NCBI GenBank assembly: GCA_902583585.1
Contig: CACHWN010000001.1
Location: 32,831-96,830 of the forward strand
Length of the DNA stretch: 64,000 nt
DNA from: an uncultured Pelagibacteraceae bacterium
Lineage (GTDB): Bacteria > Pseudomonadota > Alphaproteobacteria > Pelagibacterales > Pelagibacteraceae
Direction: 5' to 3'
Under the pieces are notes generated by a model, which was given only the letters and a program-made list of their open reading frames with translations, had not been told where the DNA came from and ran no database searches. How positions within the stretch are numbered: the stretch's first letter is position 1; every line of letters begins with the position of its first letter. The translations under genes were made by a program, and so were the position numbers. Below are positions 1 to 12,139 of this stretch, in pieces.

Positions 1-1133
1 ATTTTAGAAACACAGGTCTTTTCAACCCATTAAAAAAAGATGCTTTCGTTCAAAAGCCTGATATAGCTCATTTAAAGCCAAGATTTGAAGACTGGAGATT
101 AATAAAAGCTCAAGCATTAGTTACAGGTAAACTTTTCATTAAAAATGAAAAATTAAAAGTAGAATTTAGATTATGGGATTTAGCTGCTGCTCAAGAAATG
201 ACAGCTTTAGCTTTTACTACAACTCCCTCTAATTGGAGGAGAGTTGCACATATAATATCAGATAAAATTTATGAGAGATTGACTGGTGAAGAAGGTTATT
301 TTGATACAAGGATAATTTATGTTGCAGAAAGCGGGCCAAAAAATCAAAGAGTAAAAAAATTAGCAATAATGGATCAGGATGGTGCAAACACAAAATATCT
401 TACTTTAGGAAATGAATTAGTTCTAACTCCAAGATTTAACCCTACCAATCAAATGGTGACTTATATGTCTTACTTTAGAAACATGCCAAGAGTGTATTTA
501 TTAGATATAGAAACAGGCACGCAAGAAGTTGTTGGAAATTTTCCCGGTATGACATTCGCACCGAGATTTTCTCCAGATGGAAAAAAAATAATTATGAGTT
601 TTGCTAAAGACGGGAACTCTGACATTTTTACGATGGATTTAAATTCAAGAGTCGTGGAAAGAATTACCGAACACTCATCAATCGATACATCTCCATCTTT
701 TTCACCTGACGGAAAATTTATTGCCTTTAACTCTGATAGAAGTGGTTTACAACAAATTTACGTTATGCGAAGCGATGGCAGTAATGTGAAAAGAGTCACT
801 TTTGGAAAAGGAATTTATGGAACGCCAGTATGGTCACCAAGAGGTGATTTGATAGCTTTTACAAAAATGCATAAAGGTAGATTTTATATTGGTGTCATGA
901 GAACCGATGGAAGTGGAGAGAGATTGTTGACAGAAAATTATTATCAAGAGGCTCCGTCCTGGTCTCCTAATGGAAGAGTTTTGGTTTTTTACAGAGAAAC
1001 CAAGGCTGGACCAAAAGGTGAAGGATTTTCTGCAAAATTGTGGTCAATAGATATTACAGGTTATAATGAGAGAAAACTTTCTACTAAAACTGACGGTTCA
1101 GACCCATCTTGGTCTTCATTATTATCTAAGTGA
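1..1133 (+). CDS. tolB: Tol-Pal beta-propeller protein TolB (5' end outside window)
   Basis: Frame is open from base 3 ([10 protein letters not shown]...); PD40-type repeats (PRFSPDG, PSFSPDG, PVWSPRG, PSWSPNG); lies upstream of pal. Confidence 0.95.
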   Translation, partial: FRNTGLFNPLKKDAFVQKPDIAHLKPRFEDWRLIKAQALVTGKLFIKNEKLKVEFRLWDLAAAQEMTALAFTTTPSNWRRVAHIISDKIYERLTGEEGYFDTRIIYVAESGPKNQRVKKLAIMDQDGANTKYLTLGNELVLTPRFNPTNQMVTYMSYFRNMPRVYLLDIETGTQEVVGNFPGMTFAPRFSPDGKKIIMSFAKDGNSDIFTMDLNSRVVERITEHSSIDTSPSFSPDGKFIAFNSDRSGLQQIYVMRSDGSNVKRVTFGKGIYGTPVWSPRGDLIAFTKMHKGRFYIGVMRTDGSGERLLTENYYQEAPSWSPNGRVLVFYRETKAGPKGEGFSAKLWSIDITGYNERKLSTKTDGSDPSWSSLLSK

Positions 1134-1207
1134 GGTTGAATTTTATGTAAAATATACTTGAATAACCGTCAATAATTTGAAATAAATAATTAAACCTAGG
1201 GGAAAAA

Positions 1208-1684
1208 ATGACATTAAAAACGAATTTAAAAAATATATTACTAGTAATATTTGCAACGTTAGTTCTCAGTGCGTGTTCAACGGCAAAAAAATCTGCTGAT
1301 ATCGATGGAGATGTTTATACAGGTAAAGAGACGGTAGAATATTTAGCTGCTGGAGTTCCAGACAGGGTGTTCTTTGCGACGAACAAATCTTCTTTAACTA
1401 CTGCCTCAAGAGCTACTTTAAGAAAACAAGCGACATTTTTAAGAAAAAATAAAAATCTTAACGTAACTATAGAAGGTCACGCAGATGAAAGAGGAACTAG
1501 AGAATATAACTTGGCTTTAGGAGAAAGAAGAGCGAATGCAGCTCGAGATTACCTTATGACTTACGGTATTTCTGGAAAAAGAATTTCCGTGATAAGTTAT
1601 GGAAAAGAGAAGCCAGTAAATCCAAAATCGTCACCTATAGCTTGGTCTCAAAATAGAAGATCTGTAACAGTTAAAGTAAACTAA
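1208..1684 (+). CDS. pal: Peptidoglycan-associated lipoprotein Pal
   Basis: Lipobox LSAC; OmpA-like motif IEGHADERGTREYNLALGERRA; follows tolB. Confidence 0.96.
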   Translation: MTLKTNLKNILLVIFATLVLSACSTAKKSADIDGDVYTGKETVEYLAAGVPDRVFFATNKSSLTTASRATLRKQATFLRKNKNLNVTIEGHADERGTREYNLALGERRANAARDYLMTYGISGKRISVISYGKEKPVNPKSSPIAWSQNRRSVTVKVN

Positions 1685-1699
1685 TAATTTTATTATAAC

Positions 1700-1741
1700 A
1701 AAGACCCTTTAATAATTTACTTATTGAAGGGTCTTTTTTTT
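1700..1741 (+). terminator. Rho-independent terminator after pal
   Basis: Stem aaagaccctttaataa / ttattgaagggtcttt followed by a T-run. Confidence 0.8.
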
Positions 1742-1768
1742 GCCATTTTATCTCAATAAAAACGAAGT

Positions 1769-2728
1769 ATGTTCAACAGTTTAAAAACTTTATTACTATT
1801 TTCTTTGTTTTTTATTTTTGCTTTTAATTTACTAATCGCAGAGGAGGAAGAAATATACCTCAAGGCTATTTCCGATCAAATACAAGTAATTACAAAAGAC
1901 CTAAAAACTCTAGAAAAAGCAGTTTATCAAAAATCAGATGTTAACCCCAAATTAAATTTAAAAAATACCAAGTCAGACAGTTTAAACGAGGATATTCTTA
2001 CAAAACATTTGTTAAAATTAAATGAAATAGAAGATCAATTTAGGGAATTAACTAATAAGTTTGAGGAAGTAAATTTTAAATTAGATAAGCTATCAAGCAG
2101 AGTTACAAAAATTCAATCAGACACACAATTAAGATTTTCAGATTTAGAAGTGGGAGTGAATGATAGCCAAAAAGAAAAAAAAATAAATCTTCCAGGATCG
2201 AGTAAGCCACAAGACTTTGGAGCCAACCCAGGTTATGAAACCTCAAATTTACCTAAAGAACAAACTATTAACTCTATCCAAAGTGCTCAAACGGTTATTT
2301 CTGAAGAACCAGAGAAAAAAGAGTCTTTGCTTCCTAATAAACCTGCAAATGAACAATATGATTTTGCCGTAAGTTTCATGAAAATTGGAGATTATGAAAC
2401 TGCAGAAATAGCACTAAAAGAATTTATTGAAAAAAATAAGGAGCATGAACTGGCAGGAAGTGCACAGTATTGGTACGGAGAGACGTTTAGGATTAGACAA
2501 TTATATTCAGATGCTGCTACAGCATATTTGGATGGATATCAAAACTATCCAAAAAGCTTGAAAGCACCAGATAACCTTCTTAAGCTTGGTATAACAATGG
2601 TCCAACTTGGTGAAAAAGACCAAGGCTGCAAAATGATTTCAGGCTTGAAAAAAGAATACCCAAAAGCGAGTAAGTCTGTGTTACAAAAAGCTCAGTATGA
2701 GCAAAAAAAATTCAAATGTAATTCTTAA
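1769..2728 (+). CDS. cpoB: Tol-Pal cell division coordinator CpoB/YbgF
   Basis: Signal peptide, coiled coil, C-terminal TPR (AQYWYGE, KAPDNLLKLG); position after pal. Confidence 0.9.
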   Translation: MFNSLKTLLLFSLFFIFAFNLLIAEEEEIYLKAISDQIQVITKDLKTLEKAVYQKSDVNPKLNLKNTKSDSLNEDILTKHLLKLNEIEDQFRELTNKFEEVNFKLDKLSSRVTKIQSDTQLRFSDLEVGVNDSQKEKKINLPGSSKPQDFGANPGYETSNLPKEQTINSIQSAQTVISEEPEKKESLLPNKPANEQYDFAVSFMKIGDYETAEIALKEFIEKNKEHELAGSAQYWYGETFRIRQLYSDAATAYLDGYQNYPKSLKAPDNLLKLGITMVQLGEKDQGCKMISGLKKEYPKASKSVLQKAQYEQKKFKCNS

Positions 2729-3716
2729 AAATGAATTTGTAGATTTTAAAAATCTTTCTGAGATTTTTAAAGAATTTGAGAAAAAGTTAAATAAGTTAAA
2801 GACTAAAAAATATTTAGTTGCAGTTTCAGGCGGTCCAGACAGCTTGGCGTTGACTGCTTTAAGCATGGCTTACGGCTCCAAAACTAAAACTAAATTTTAT
2901 TACGTATTAATTAATCATAATATTAGAAAAAAATCAAAAACAGAGGCGAGCAAGGTAAAATTATTACTCAAATTACACGGGATTGATTTAAAAATTATAA
3001 CTATAAAGCGAAAAATATTTAAAAATATTCAAAATGAAGCTAGAAACCAAAGATATGAATTATTAGCTAATTATTGCAACAAATATAACATTAAAATTAT
3101 TTTAACTGCCCACAATTTGGAGGATCAAGTAGAAACATTTTTTATAAGACTTTCAAGAGGTAGCGGTTTAACAGGATTATCGTCTATGCGTTTCTCAAGC
3201 AATTTAACTGATAAAATTAAATTGGTTAGACCATTATTAGATGTTAAGAAAAAATATTTAATTAGTATTTCAAAAAAAATATTTGGAAAATTTTTTAAAG
3301 ATCCATCTAATACAAGTAATAAATATTTGCGAACAAGGATTAGATCCTTACAAAAGCCTCTTTTAAAAAGCGGTATAAATTACGATTCTATTATTAAATC
3401 TATAAATAATCTTGCTTCTAGTAAATTAGTACTAGATAATTACTATAAGCAGCTTTCAAAAGATATAATTACAAAACATAAAAATAGTGTAAATATTAAT
3501 TTCAAAAATTTTAGTGATCTAAACAATGAGATCAAAATAAGAATTATTAATGATTCTATAAGGTTCATCAAAAAAAATTACTACAACCCTAGATCCAAAA
3601 AAGTTGAGTATTTAATTAGTAAACTTGGACAAAAAAACTTTACTAAATATACTTTGGGAGGTTGTTTATTTGTTAAGAATAATGACAAAATTTGGCTTAA
3701 AAAAGAGAAAAAGTAA
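2697..3716 (+). CDS. tilS: tRNA(Ile)-lysidine synthetase
   Basis: PP-loop AVSGGPDS, AHNLEDQVET, RPLL; sits between cpoB and ftsH. Confidence 0.93.
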   Translation: MSKKNSNVILKNEFVDFKNLSEIFKEFEKKLNKLKTKKYLVAVSGGPDSLALTALSMAYGSKTKTKFYYVLINHNIRKKSKTEASKVKLLLKLHGIDLKIITIKRKIFKNIQNEARNQRYELLANYCNKYNIKIILTAHNLEDQVETFFIRLSRGSGLTGLSSMRFSSNLTDKIKLVRPLLDVKKKYLISISKKIFGKFFKDPSNTSNKYLRTRIRSLQKPLLKSGINYDSIIKSINNLASSKLVLDNYYKQLSKDIITKHKNSVNINFKNFSDLNNEIKIRIINDSIRFIKKNYYNPRSKKVEYLISKLGQKNFTKYTLGGCLFVKNNDKIWLKKEKK

Positions 3717-3813
3717 TGATTTAGTGTCTTTTAGATATATTTTGTCTTATTTACAACCAATTTAAAGTTAAAATATACTTGTTTAATTATAAATAATGAT
3801 TATCTAGGAAAAT

Positions 3814-5709
3814 ATGAATTTAAGAAATTTGATAATGTGGGTCATAATTGTGTTGTTGTCCGTAGGACTATTCAATATGTTTCAAGATCCAAATAAGATA
3901 AGTTCTGAAAGAGATACGCTTCCTTTTTCTAATTTCTTAGATGAAGTTGATGCCGGAAGAGTTGTTGAGGTCAAAATTCAAGGAAATAATATTTCAGGAG
4001 TACTTGCTAATGGAAAAGAATTTAATACCTACTCCCCAAACTATCCTGATTTAGTTGATAAACTTTCAGACAAAGGTGTGAGCATAATTGCTTCACCCCA
4101 AGAGGATAAAATGCCTTCACTTTTAGGTATTTTACTATCCTGGTTTCCCATGCTTCTGCTTATCGGTGTTTGGATATTTTTTATGCGTCAGATGCAAGGT
4201 GGCAAAGGGGGAGCAATGGGGTTTGGTAGATCAAAAGCAAAACTATTAAATGAGGCTCAGGGCAAGGTTACATTTAATGATGTGGCCGGAGTTGAAGAAG
4301 CAAAAGAGGAAGTTGAAGAAATAGTCGAATTTTTAAAAGATCCAAAAAAATTTAGTAGACTTGGTGGAAAAATTCCAAAAGGTGCACTTTTAATTGGACC
4401 TCCTGGAACAGGAAAAACTTTATTGGCTAAAGCAATCGCAGGTGAAGCTAACGTGCCATTTTTCTCAATTTCAGGATCTGATTTTGTTGAAATGTTTGTT
4501 GGAGTTGGTGCTTCCAGAGTTAGAGATATGTTTGAGCAAGGAAAAAAACATTCTCCTTGTATAATTTTTATAGATGAAATAGATGCAGTAGGAAGAAGCA
4601 GAGGTGCTGGTTTAGGTGGGGGTAACGATGAAAGAGAGCAAACGCTTAACCAATTGTTAGTAGAAATGGATGGCTTTGATACTAACGAAGGAATAATTTT
4701 AATTGCCGCAACAAACAGACCGGACGTTTTAGATCCAGCACTATTAAGGCCTGGAAGATTCGATAGACAAGTAGTTGTTGGTAATCCAGATATAATAGGA
4801 AGAGAAGCAATACTAAAAGTTCATGTTAAAAAAGTTAATACTGGCCCTGATGTAAAACTTAGAACTATTGCTAGGGGGACTCCAGGATTTTCAGGCGCTG
4901 ATTTAGCTAATCTGATAAACGAGTCCGCCTTATTAGCAGCTAGAAAGAACAAAAGAGTAGTTACTATGTCGGATATCGAAGAAGCGAAAGATAAAGTAAT
5001 GATGGGCGCTGAGAGAAGATCAATGGTAATGTCTGAAGATGAGAAAAAATTAACTGCTTACCATGAAGGAGGTCATGCAATAGTGGCGCTAAACGAAAAA
5101 GCATCTGATCCTATACATAAAGCAACAATCATTCCTAGAGGAAGAGCCTTAGGAATGGTTATGAGATTACCAGAGCGAGATCAACTATCTGTGACTAGAG
5201 AAAAAATGCATGCCGATATTGCGGTAGCTATGGGAGGAAGAATAGCAGAAGAAATAATTTTCGGACACGACAAAGTAACCTCAGGCGCATCTTCTGATAT
5301 TGATATGGTAACAAAAATGGCAAAAAATATGGTAACAAAATATGGTATGAGCACAGAGTTAGGCACTATAGCTTACGGAGAAAATGAAGAGGAAGTTTTT
5401 CTCGGAAGATCTGTTACAAAACAACAAAATATGTCAGAAGAAACTGCAAAAAAAATAGACGCAGAAGTTAAGAAGATTGTAGATAAAGGTTATGAGAGAG
5501 CAAGAAAAGTATTGAATGAGAAAATTGAAGATTTACACAAGATTGCTAAAGCTTTGTTAATTTACGAAACTTTATCTGGTGATGAAATAAGAGATTTAAT
5601 ATTAAAAGATATCAAACCTACAAGATCATTCAAAGAAGAGGAAAACGATGATGGAAAGTCCTCTTCTGCACTCGGGTCACTAGGACTTAAGCCAAAACCA
5701 GCAGTTTAA
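3814..5709 (+). CDS. ftsH: ATP-dependent zinc metalloprotease FtsH
   Basis: Two TM helices, Walker [12 protein letters not shown] region, HEGGH zinc motif. Confidence 0.98.
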   Translation: MNLRNLIMWVIIVLLSVGLFNMFQDPNKISSERDTLPFSNFLDEVDAGRVVEVKIQGNNISGVLANGKEFNTYSPNYPDLVDKLSDKGVSIIASPQEDKMPSLLGILLSWFPMLLLIGVWIFFMRQMQGGKGGAMGFGRSKAKLLNEAQGKVTFNDVAGVEEAKEEVEEIVEFLKDPKKFSRLGGKIPKGALLIGPPGTGKTLLAKAIAGEANVPFFSISGSDFVEMFVGVGASRVRDMFEQGKKHSPCIIFIDEIDAVGRSRGAGLGGGNDEREQTLNQLLVEMDGFDTNEGIILIAATNRPDVLDPALLRPGRFDRQVVVGNPDIIGREAILKVHVKKVNTGPDVKLRTIARGTPGFSGADLANLINESALLAARKNKRVVTMSDIEEAKDKVMMGAERRSMVMSEDEKKLTAYHEGGHAIVALNEKASDPIHKATIIPRGRALGMVMRLPERDQLSVTREKMHADIAVAMGGRIAEEIIFGHDKVTSGASSDIDMVTKMAKNMVTKYGMSTELGTIAYGENEEEVFLGRSVTKQQNMSEETAKKIDAEVKKIVDKGYERARKVLNEKIEDLHKIAKALLIYETLSGDEIRDLILKDIKPTRSFKEEENDDGKSSSALGSLGLKPKPAV

Positions 5710-5713
5710 TTAC

Positions 5714-6775
5714 ATGATTAAATATTACACTCGAGCGTGTAATTTTTATTATGGCAAAGAGGCTAAATCTCTCATAAAAACTAAAAAAGCACTCCCACTA
5801 TGTGGTAATAAAAACATAGCATTTAACAAATTGGAAATTATTTCTAGGAACAAAAAGAAAGTAAAAAGTAAAATAATTAATATTCAAGATGTAAAATTTC
5901 TTAGAAGAATTCAAATCTTAAAAATAAAAAATGATTTAAAAAAGATTACTTCGAAAAGAAAAAATTTTATAAAAAATATCAATTTTTCCAGACCTACTAT
6001 AATGGGTATTTTGAATTTGACACCAGACAGCTTCTCTGATGGAGGGGTGTATAACAAGAAAGCTAAATCTTTTAAACATATAGATGATATGATTAAATCA
6101 GGAGCAAAAATTATTGATGTAGGAGGAGAGTCAACACGTCCAGGATCAAAAGATATTCATTATCAAGTTGAATTTAAACGAATTAAAAATGTTTTAAAAA
6201 AATTTAAAAAAAAATATAAACAAACATGTTTATCTTTAGATACAAGAAAACCAGAAATAATGGTTAAAGCATTAAAATTTGGGGTAGACTTAATTAATGA
6301 TGTCTCAGGTTTTAATTATGGTGAGGTTTCCCCATTAATAATTAAAAAGAATAAAGTTTCAAAAGTTCTTCATCATATGCAAGGTACACCAAATACAATG
6401 CAAATAAGGCCAACTTACCAAAATGTATTATTAGATATCTATGATTACTTTGAAAAAAATATTAAAAATAAATTTAAAGATAATAAAATCGTTTTAGATC
6501 CTGGAATAGGTTTTGGTAAAACTTTGAAACATAATTTGAGTTTAATTTCAAAAATTTCATTGTTTCATAGCTTAGGATTTCCTATTTTGATAGGTACTTC
6601 CAGAAAAAGATTTATTAATCAAATAAGTGGGAAGTATGATAGCAAAGAGAGAATAGGAGGAACTTTAGCTTCAACTCTTTTTTTATTAATGCAAGGGGTG
6701 CAAATTTTTAGAGTTCATAATGTAAAAGAAGTTAAGCAAGGAATTTTAGTTTATAATAAGATTATTGAAAAATGA
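5714..6775 (+). CDS. folP: Dihydropteroate synthase with N-terminal extension
   Basis: MGILNLTPDSFSDGG, GGESTRPG, DPGIGFGK, SRKRF, RVHNV. Confidence 0.95.
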   Translation: MIKYYTRACNFYYGKEAKSLIKTKKALPLCGNKNIAFNKLEIISRNKKKVKSKIINIQDVKFLRRIQILKIKNDLKKITSKRKNFIKNINFSRPTIMGILNLTPDSFSDGGVYNKKAKSFKHIDDMIKSGAKIIDVGGESTRPGSKDIHYQVEFKRIKNVLKKFKKKYKQTCLSLDTRKPEIMVKALKFGVDLINDVSGFNYGEVSPLIIKKNKVSKVLHHMQGTPNTMQIRPTYQNVLLDIYDYFEKNIKNKFKDNKIVLDPGIGFGKTLKHNLSLISKISLFHSLGFPILIGTSRKRFINQISGKYDSKERIGGTLASTLFLLMQGVQIFRVHNVKEVKQGILVYNKIIEK

Positions 6776-8103
6776 AAAATAAGTATTTCGGGACTGATGG
6801 AATAAGAGGTACTGTAAATCAAGGAAATATTACTGGAGAGAAATTTTTTAAATTTGGTCTTGCATCAGGAACATATTTTAAAAATCAAAAGAAAACAAAG
6901 CAAATTGCTGTAATAGCAAAAGATACAAGATTGTCAGGATATACACTAGAACCAGCTCTTGTTTCAGGTTTAGTTTCTGGTGGAATGCATGTGTTTACTT
7001 TAGGACCCTTACCAACAAATGGTCTGGCAATGTTAACGAAGTCTATGAGAGCAAATATGGGAATAATGATCACAGCTTCTCACAACCCCTATTATGATAA
7101 TGGTTTGAAACTTTTTGGACCTGATGGGATGAAATTATCTGATCGAATTGAGAAAAAAATTGAAAAACTTATTGATGCTAAAAATACAAAACAACTTACT
7201 GATCCTAGACTTCTTGGAAGAGTAAAGAGACTTGAGAATGGAAATGATGAATATATAAAAATTTTAAAAAATAATTTTCCCAAGAATTTCGAATTAAAAG
7301 GAACAAAAATTGTTTTAGATTGTGCTAATGGAGCAAGCTATAAAGCAGCGCCAAAATTGTTAGAAGAATTAGGTGCAAAAGTTATTGCATTAGGCGTAGA
7401 ACCTAATGGATTAAATATTAATGATAAGTGTGGCTCTACTTACCCAACAAAATTAAAATCTGCTGTTAAGAAACATAGGGCTCACGTTGGTATTTCTTTT
7501 GATGGAGATGCAGATAGAATTATAATGTGTGATGAAAAAGGAAAAATTATTGACGGAGATCAAATAATTGCAATGTTAGCAAAAAGATGGAAATTAAAAA
7601 AAATTTTAAAAGGAGGTGTTATTGGCACTTTAATGTCTAATTTAGGTTTACAAAATTTTTTAAAAAAAGAAAAAATAAAATTTTATAGATCAAAAGTTGG
7701 CGATCGATACGTGAAAGAAAATATGAGAAAGCTTAATTTTAATTTGGGTGGAGAACAATCTGGACATATTATTTTAGGAAAATTTGCTACAACAGGTGAT
7801 GGATTACTAGTTGCGTTGGAAGTGCTTTTCTCTCTTAGAAAAGGGATTAAAGCAAGTAAACTTTTGAACGTTTTTAAACCATTGCCCCAAACACTCGAAA
7901 ATGTTCTCGTTAAGGACAAAAATATAATTAATCAGTCTAAAACTAAGAAAGCGATAAGACTCGCAAAAAAACTTATGGGATCAAGAGGAAGAATATTGGT
8001 AAGAAAATCTGGAACAGAGCCGAAGATAAGGATAATGGCTGAGTCACATAATAAAAATTTAATTTTAAAAAGCATAAACATAATTAAAAGATCGATTAAA
8101 TAA
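6772..8103 (+). CDS. glmM: Phosphoglucosamine mutase
   Basis: YFGTDGIRG, TASHNP, DGDADR, GEQSGH; ftsH-folP-glmM synteny. Confidence 0.96.
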   Translation: MKNKYFGTDGIRGTVNQGNITGEKFFKFGLASGTYFKNQKKTKQIAVIAKDTRLSGYTLEPALVSGLVSGGMHVFTLGPLPTNGLAMLTKSMRANMGIMITASHNPYYDNGLKLFGPDGMKLSDRIEKKIEKLIDAKNTKQLTDPRLLGRVKRLENGNDEYIKILKNNFPKNFELKGTKIVLDCANGASYKAAPKLLEELGAKVIALGVEPNGLNINDKCGSTYPTKLKSAVKKHRAHVGISFDGDADRIIMCDEKGKIIDGDQIIAMLAKRWKLKKILKGGVIGTLMSNLGLQNFLKKEKIKFYRSKVGDRYVKENMRKLNFNLGGEQSGHIILGKFATTGDGLLVALEVLFSLRKGIKASKLLNVFKPLPQTLENVLVKDKNIINQSKTKKAIRLAKKLMGSRGRILVRKSGTEPKIRIMAESHNKNLILKSINIIKRSIK

Positions 8104-8104
8104 A

Positions 8105-8920
8105 TTGAAACCAAGATCTAAAATTTTAATAATTGCTGGTTCAGACTCTTCTGGTGGAGCGGGTATACAAGCTGATATAAAAACTGTTACTGCACTTGGT
8201 GGATACGCAATGACAGCTATAACTGCAGTTACAGCTCAAAATACTTTAGGTGTTAAATCAGTGTTTCCTATAAGTCCAAAAGAAATAGCAAAACAAATTT
8301 TATCAACTTGTGAAGACATAAAACCTAATGCGATTAAGATCGGAATGTTGCACTCATCAAAGGTTATAAATTCAATTGAGAAAACTCTAAGAAAAATTAA
8401 GACGAATACAATTGTGTTGGATCCTGTAATGGTTGCTAAAGGAGGCGCAAAACTTATTAATAGCTCCGCAGTTAAGACTTTAAAAAATCGTTTATTAAAA
8501 AAGGTATTGTTAATAACACCAAATATTCCTGAAGCTGAAGTTCTCTCTGATACAAAGATTGAAAATCTTTCAGATATGGTCAAGGCATCAAAAATCATTT
8601 TAAAATACGGCGTAAAAAATGTTCTATTAAAAGGAGGACATAAAAAATCAAAATATATAAACGATGTTTTTCTTGGAGATAGTGGCTTAAAAATATTTAA
8701 AAATAAAAAAATTAATACTATTAATACTCATGGCACAGGTTGCACTCTATCCAGTGCTATAGCTATGTTTTTATCATGTGGAAAACCTTTAAAGAAATCC
8801 TGTGAGTTAGGAATTAAATATGTTAACCAGTCAATTAAATCTAATCTTAATTATGGAAAAGGACATGGTCCAATCAATCATCTGAATTCAATTAAGGTAA
8901 GTAGAAATTTTACAAAATGA
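8105..8920 (+). CDS. thiD: Hydroxymethylpyrimidine/phosphomethylpyrimidine kinase
   Basis: [35 protein letters not shown]; TTG start. Confidence 0.95.
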   Translation: MKPRSKILIIAGSDSSGGAGIQADIKTVTALGGYAMTAITAVTAQNTLGVKSVFPISPKEIAKQILSTCEDIKPNAIKIGMLHSSKVINSIEKTLRKIKTNTIVLDPVMVAKGGAKLINSSAVKTLKNRLLKKVLLITPNIPEAEVLSDTKIENLSDMVKASKIILKYGVKNVLLKGGHKKSKYINDVFLGDSGLKIFKNKKINTINTHGTGCTLSSAIAMFLSCGKPLKKSCELGIKYVNQSIKSNLNYGKGHGPINHLNSIKVSRNFTK

Positions 8921-10209
8921 AAAATGTTGTAGTAGTAGGTTCGCAATGGGGTGACGAAGGTAAAGGGAAGATTGTAGATTGGCTTTCAAGCGAAGCAGAC
9001 GTGGTAGTGAGATTTCAAGGTGGTCATAATGCAGGGCATACACTAGTCATTGATAAGAAAGTATTTAAATTGAGACTTTTGCCTTCTGGAATTGTAAGGG
9101 AAGGAAAAATTTCTGTTTTGGGTAATGGTGTTGTTATAGATCCTTGGGCGCTGCTTGAAGAAATCAAAGAGATCAAAAAAAAAGGGATAAATGTTACACC
9201 TAAAAACTTTATGATTTCAGAGTCAGCATCTCTTATTTTACCTTTCCATCAAGAAATGGATGAAATTCGTGAAGATGCTGCAGGCAAAGGAAAAATAGGT
9301 ACTACAAGAAGAGGTATAGGCCCGTGTTATGAGGACAAAGTAGGAAGAAGATCAATAAGAGTTATGGACTTACGATCGACAAGTAATTTAGACAATCGAT
9401 TAGCAAATGTTTTACTACATCACAATGCAATTAGAAAAGGTCTAAAAAAAAAGATATTCAAAAAGAATGATCTAAAAAAAAAATTATTGAAAATTGCACC
9501 AGATATTTTAAAGTTTGCTCAACCAGTTTGGTTAAAGCTAGACGAATTTAAAAAAGATAGAAAGAAAATATTATTTGAGGGAGCTCAAGGTATACTTTTG
9601 GATGTTGATCACGGCACTTATCCCTATGTAACTTCATCTAATACTGTTCCTGCAATGGCTGCCACAGGATCTGGTTCAGGCCCAGATAAAATAGGTTATG
9701 TGTTAGGTATAACTAAAGCCTACACAACCAGAGTTGGAAGTGGACCTTTCCCAACTGAACTGAAAAATAAGATTGGAGAAAGTTTAGGTAAAAGAGGAAA
9801 TGAATTTGGAACAGTTACTGCAAGAAAAAGAAGATGTGGATGGTTCGATGCTGTTCTCGTTCGTCAAACAATAAAAATTTCTGGAATTAATGGAATAGCA
9901 TTGACTAAATTAGATGTCCTAGATGAATTAGATGAAATAAAAGTATGTGTCGGATATAATTTAAATGGAAAAAAATTAGATTACTTACCAGCTGCGACTG
10001 AAGATCAATTCAATATAAAGCCAACTTATAAAACTTTTAAGGGATGGAAAACGAGTACAAAAGGAATAAGAAATATGAAGGATTTACCGGAAAATGCAAA
10101 AAAATATATTTATGCGATTGAAGATTTCATAAAGGCTAAAATCTCAAGCGTATCTACTAGCCCAGAAAGGGAAGACACTATACTTATTGAAGATCCTTTT
10201 TTAATCTAG
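8917..10209 (+). CDS. purA: Adenylosuccinate synthetase
   Basis: [26 protein letters not shown]. Confidence 0.98.
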   Translation: MKNVVVVGSQWGDEGKGKIVDWLSSEADVVVRFQGGHNAGHTLVIDKKVFKLRLLPSGIVREGKISVLGNGVVIDPWALLEEIKEIKKKGINVTPKNFMISESASLILPFHQEMDEIREDAAGKGKIGTTRRGIGPCYEDKVGRRSIRVMDLRSTSNLDNRLANVLLHHNAIRKGLKKKIFKKNDLKKKLLKIAPDILKFAQPVWLKLDEFKKDRKKILFEGAQGILLDVDHGTYPYVTSSNTVPAMAATGSGSGPDKIGYVLGITKAYTTRVGSGPFPTELKNKIGESLGKRGNEFGTVTARKRRCGWFDAVLVRQTIKISGINGIALTKLDVLDELDEIKVCVGYNLNGKKLDYLPAATEDQFNIKPTYKTFKGWKTSTKGIRNMKDLPENAKKYIYAIEDFIKAKISSVSTSPEREDTILIEDPFLI

Positions 10210-11102
10210 TTTGATGGTAATAAATTTTTCGATTTACTAGCATTTATCATAGATTTTTGAAGCTTTTCAAAAGCTTTTGTTTCTATTTGTCTAATTCTCT
10301 CTCTACTAATTCTATATTTTTTACTTAATTCCTCAAGCGTAAGAGGGTTTTCATTTAATCTTCTCGCTTTAATGATTTCTTTTTCTCTTTCATCTAAAAT
10401 AGTCATTGCACTTTTGAGAAGTTCTTTTTTATCATTATACTCTTGTTTCTGTGAAATTAATAATTCTTGATCCAGATTATCATCAACCAACCAATCCTGC
10501 CATTCATCCACTTCACCATGTTTTATTGGATCGTTAAGAGATTTCTCTTGACCCATCATTCTTCTATTCATATTAATTACTTCATTTGAGTCTACATCTA
10601 GCCTTTCCGAGATTTCTTTTACTTGTTCGTCCCTTAAATCTCCCTCTTGATCTGGAGCTATTTGGTTCTTAATTTTTTTTAAATTAAAAAAAAGTTTTTT
10701 TTGAGCTGTGGTTGTACCCATTTTAACTAAACTCCATGATCTTAAAACATACTCTTGTATGGCAGCTTTAATCCACCACATCGCATAAGTTGCTAACCTG
10801 AAACCTTTGTCTGGATCAAATTTTTTTACTGCTTGCATTAATCCTAAATTTCCTTCAGAAATCAACTCATTTACTGGCAAACCATATCCTCTATATCCCA
10901 TAGCTATTTTTGCAACTAGTCTTAAATGACTAGTCACGAGTTTATGAGCTGATTGAAGATTTCCATTTTCTTTCCAATTCTTTGCTAACATGTATTCTTC
11001 CTCGGCGTCTAGCATTGGAAATTTTTTTATTTGAGCAAGATAAACTGAAAGTCCACCAACTGAAGGAGTTGGAAAATTACTCATTTGTTTATTATTATCC
11101 AT
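10206..11102 (-). CDS. rpoH: RNA polymerase sigma-32 factor
   Basis: Sigma70 regions 2-4 plus RpoH box QKKLFFNLK; lies after rluD as in alphaproteobacteria. Confidence 0.95.
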   Translation of the reverse strand: MDNNKQMSNFPTPSVGGLSVYLAQIKKFPMLDAEEEYMLAKNWKENGNLQSAHKLVTSHLRLVAKIAMGYRGYGLPVNELISEGNLGLMQAVKKFDPDKGFRLATYAMWWIKAAIQEYVLRSWSLVKMGTTTAQKKLFFNLKKIKNQIAPDQEGDLRDEQVKEISERLDVDSNEVINMNRRMMGQEKSLNDPIKHGEVDEWQDWLVDDNLDQELLISQKQEYNDKKELLKSAMTILDEREKEIIKARRLNENPLTLEELSKKYRISRERIRQIETKAFEKLQKSMINASKSKNLLPSN

Positions 11103-11132
11103 ATCTAAGATTTATATATAAATATCAAATTT

Positions 11133-12116
11133 TCAACCATTTAGATTTTCTAGTAAATCAAGCATTTTTTTAAAGTCATCTGGAATATTTGATTTAAATC
11201 TTACCCACTTTTTTTTTATAGGATGTATAAATTCTAGCGTTTGTGCATGAAGTGCTTGTCCCTTTATTTTTTTTAATTTTTCCAAAAAAACTCTATTTAC
11301 TTTTTTAAATCTTAGATTTTTTTTTCCATACTGTTTATCACCCAATATAGATGAACCCTTATATTTAATATGAACTCTTATTTGATGCGTTCTACCTGTT
11401 TCAAGCTCACATTCTAGAAGACTTATTTTAGGAATATCTTTTTTGGTAAAAACTTTAAGGGTCTTATAATTAGTTATTGCCTTTTTTCCACGAATTTCAC
11501 TTACAGTCATTAATTGTCTATTTTTTTTGTTTCTAGAAATTAATGTTTCTACTCTTCCATTCAATGGTCTTATTATTCCCCATATTAAACATAAATACTT
11601 TCTTTTAATTGAATGATTGTTAAATTGTTTACCAAGATTTGAATGTGCAAAGTTATTTTTAGCTATTACTAAAAGCCCACTTGTTTCCTTATCTATTCTA
11701 TGTACTATTCCTGGTCTTAAACTTCCGTTTAAATCAGATAAATTATTTTGAAACTTGTAGGCTAGTGCATTTGCTAAAGTCTTTTTATAATTTCCAGCTC
11801 CAGGATGCACTACCATACCCTTTGGTTTATTGATTACTAACAAATCTTCATCTTCATAAATTATTTCTAAATCAATTTGCTCGGGTAATAATTTTTTTTC
11901 TTTCAATGTATAACTATTAGTTACAATAACCTTGTCGTTTTTCTTTACTTTCGTAGCTGGTGTGACTATTGATTTTTCATTAATTTTTACTTTTTTTTTC
12001 TTTATTAATTTTTGAATAAATGATCTCGTAAGATTTTCTAATTCTTTTGATAAAAAAACATCTATTCTTTCATCGTTGCAATCCTCAGAAACTAATAATT
12101 TAATTGAGTTATTCAT
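11133..12116 (-). CDS. rluD: RluA/RluD family 23S rRNA pseudouridine synthase
   Basis: S4 domain, NKPKGMVVHPG, HRIDKETSG, TGRTHQIRVH. Confidence 0.92.
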   Translation of the reverse strand: MNNSIKLLVSEDCNDERIDVFLSKELENLTRSFIQKLIKKKKVKINEKSIVTPATKVKKNDKVIVTNSYTLKEKKLLPEQIDLEIIYEDEDLLVINKPKGMVVHPGAGNYKKTLANALAYKFQNNLSDLNGSLRPGIVHRIDKETSGLLVIAKNNFAHSNLGKQFNNHSIKRKYLCLIWGIIRPLNGRVETLISRNKKNRQLMTVSEIRGKKAITNYKTLKVFTKKDIPKISLLECELETGRTHQIRVHIKYKGSSILGDKQYGKKNLRFKKVNRVFLEKLKKIKGQALHAQTLEFIHPIKKKWVRFKSNIPDDFKKMLDLLENLNG

Positions 12117-12139
12117 AAATTAATTTAAAATAGTGCTAT

